Assembly (NCBI RefSeq): GCF_038025025.1
Contig: NW_027117338.1
Coordinates: 1,302,001 to 1,366,000, forward strand
Source of the DNA: Phyllosticta citribraziliensis
Lineage: Eukaryota
Direction: 5' to 3'
Length of the DNA stretch: 64,000 nt
Shown: piece by piece, positions 62,077 to 64,000 of the stretch
How the letters are laid out: every line of letters starts with the position of its first letter
How positions within the stretch are numbered: the stretch's first letter is position 1
Position numbers and translations under genes: made by a program
Notes under the pieces: generated by a model
What the model was told of the DNA's origin: nothing
The model's database searches: none
Seen by the model: only the letters and a program-made list of their open reading frames with translations

Positions 62077-64000
62077 TCATTCAGACTTGTGACCGCTGCC
62101 AGACCTGCCCTGGACAACGAGCACGCTGGCCTTGACGCCCTCGTCGCGCACGACCGTCTCAGCCATCACGCCCAAGCAGCGCTGTGCCTCGACGTTGGCG
62201 TTGGTCTTTGCGCAGCCCTCGCGACCCAGGACACCGCTGCTGCCCATGCTGCGACCGACAACGATGAGGTCGCCGGCGTTGCGTGCATTGCGGCCCATCT
62301 CGGAACGCGCACGCTCAATGGCGGAGCCGAGCGGTGTCGAGGTAGTGTCGGTTTCGAAGGCGACGCGCTCGGCGAGGTCGACGGGAATGCTTTGACGCAG
62401 CGACGCGAAGAAGGCTGCGTCGCGTTCTGGCGCAGGGACAGAGACGGTGGTCGTGAGAGCTTGCTTGCTCGCTGTCGGAGTGTTGTGCGATGAGCTGACG
62501 CCTGACTCTGAGGAGGGCAGATCAAAGTATCCGTCGGGGGCTTTAAAGTGCACAATGGTAGCTGTTACATCCGGGTGCTCGACAAGCTGGAGTACAAGTC
62601 GCAGGGCAGCGCGGTCATCAGCACCACCAAAGAATGGGAGGAAGACGTGGTGTGAGCGGGACGCGGAGGGGGCTGTCGTTGGGTTCTTGTCTACGTTTGA
62701 GCGTATGGAGTGCGCCGAGAGGCGTCGTGCAAGCTTGCGGCGTTCAAACGGTGCGGAGCCGCCGAAACCATTGTTGATGAAGACTGCAGCGTTGCAGGTG
62801 GAGCTGTTGAGGACGGTAGAGACAAAGGCACTGTAGGTGTCGGCAGATAGCTTGTGTTGGACTGCGTCGTCGGAAATGACGGTCAGCTCCGACATGTTGC
62901 CTGTCTCGCTCCATGGGAGAATGATGAGGTCGGAAGCGTTGTCTCCAGCTCTCGAGACCAAGACGTCCGAGAAGGAACTCTCGGGGACGACGTCCACTTC
63001 ACCGGATATGGCCAAATTGTTGAGGTAGCCGAACGTGCGGAAAGTGTTGACGACGGGATCGTGCTGGCCGAACTCATCGGTCTCAGACACCTTCATGACG
63101 GTGGAGGTACGCTCAGTCAGCTCAAGCAGCCTCACACCGTGTGCCTTGATTGGCCTTTGTGGGAGGGGAGCCTCCTCAGCTTCAGCGACGGGAGCCAACT
63201 TGAGCGGATGGACCATCTTCTTGCCAAAATTGGGCTGCCCGCCAAAGAGCGAGACGAAGGGCAAAAGAGCAGACATGTTGTCGAGGCGGAGGTAGACCAG
63301 AATCCGCTGAACCTTGGAGGCCTCGAGCTTCTCGTAGGCAAGGCTGTCACTCCCATCGTCCTTGTCGCCAGACTTGACGGGAGCACCAGTGTCCCAGTCG
63401 ATCTCGCCGCGCTTCCAGGCATCCAGCTTCTTCTGATACCAAGGAGGGTACAGCCACATGGTCAGGGGGGTAGTCATGAAGGTCGTAATCAAGGCCATGA
63501 CGACAAAGATCGTAAAAGTCCGCTGGCTAAGAATCTTGGCCTGCAGTCCAATGTTCTGCAAAAGTTAGCATCATCGCTGAACCTCGACTGTTCAAGTGGC
63601 TCACCAGCACAATCAACTCCACCAAGCCCTTGCAACTCATCAGGGAGCCGATGGTCAAACTCTCCCGCCAGACCAAACCACAGCAACGTGCGGCCAGAGA
63701 AGCACCGACGAACTTTCCGAAAAAGGCAACCGCAATGACACCAATCACGTAGCCCCAAGTTAGGCCAGTGTCGAGCAGACCGAGATTGGTGTTGAGGCCA
63801 GAGAGCGCAAAGTAAAGCGGGAGGAATAGTGCGCTGACGATATCCTCAATCTTTTCTGTCACCTTGATCGCGAAGCCGCCCTCGTGAGGGCATATCAGCC
63901 CAACCATGAAGGCACCGAAAATGGGATGGACTCCGATGATACCGGTAAAAAAGGCAGAGGCCAATGTCAAAAGCAACGTGACGACAATGACGAATTCGCT
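62077..64000 (-). CDS. KHA1: K+/H+ antiporter Kha1-like (CPA2), 5' part beyond the window
   Basis: [50 protein letters not shown] (intron 63604-63556), [15 protein letters not shown]-terminal [12 protein letters not shown]. Confidence 0.92.

Noticed and set aside
1..64000. CRISPR arrays, rRNA/tRNA genes, telomeric repeats
   Set aside because: None seen by eye; a tRNAscan run would be needed to exclude intron-containing tRNAs.

Overview
Filamentous ascomycete (Pezizomycotina, probably Dothideomycete; inferred from RIP, short introns with CTRAY branch points and gene content) DNA spanning a repeat/gene-rich boundary. Positions 1 to ~18.5 kb are an AT-rich, RIP-mutated nest of LTR retrotransposons: the 3' end of one element (LTR 1849-2043) and a Ty1/copia element split by a full-length 11.8-kb chromodomain Ty3/gypsy element (173-bp LTRs, GTACG TSD). 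Just past the boundary (19.2-26.3 kb) are four co-oriented, highly diverged, intron-split small genes that the ORF track does not show as such. Each encodes a single N-terminal Myb/SANT-like domain plus a basic SP/TP-rich tail with SUMO-consensus sites; this array is the best candidate for an undescribed system. The rest is conserved gene-dense DNA: a low-complexity protein with a possible spliced extension, PHAF1/UPF0183, kinesin-5 BimC, HYPK-like, class II DAHP synthase, SSADH, a probable mitoribosomal protein, NOG2 with an intronic snR191/U19-like snoRNA, a TGL4-like lipase, a 3-beta-HSD family enzyme and a partial Kha1-like antiporter. All gene models were built by eye; no database searches were run.
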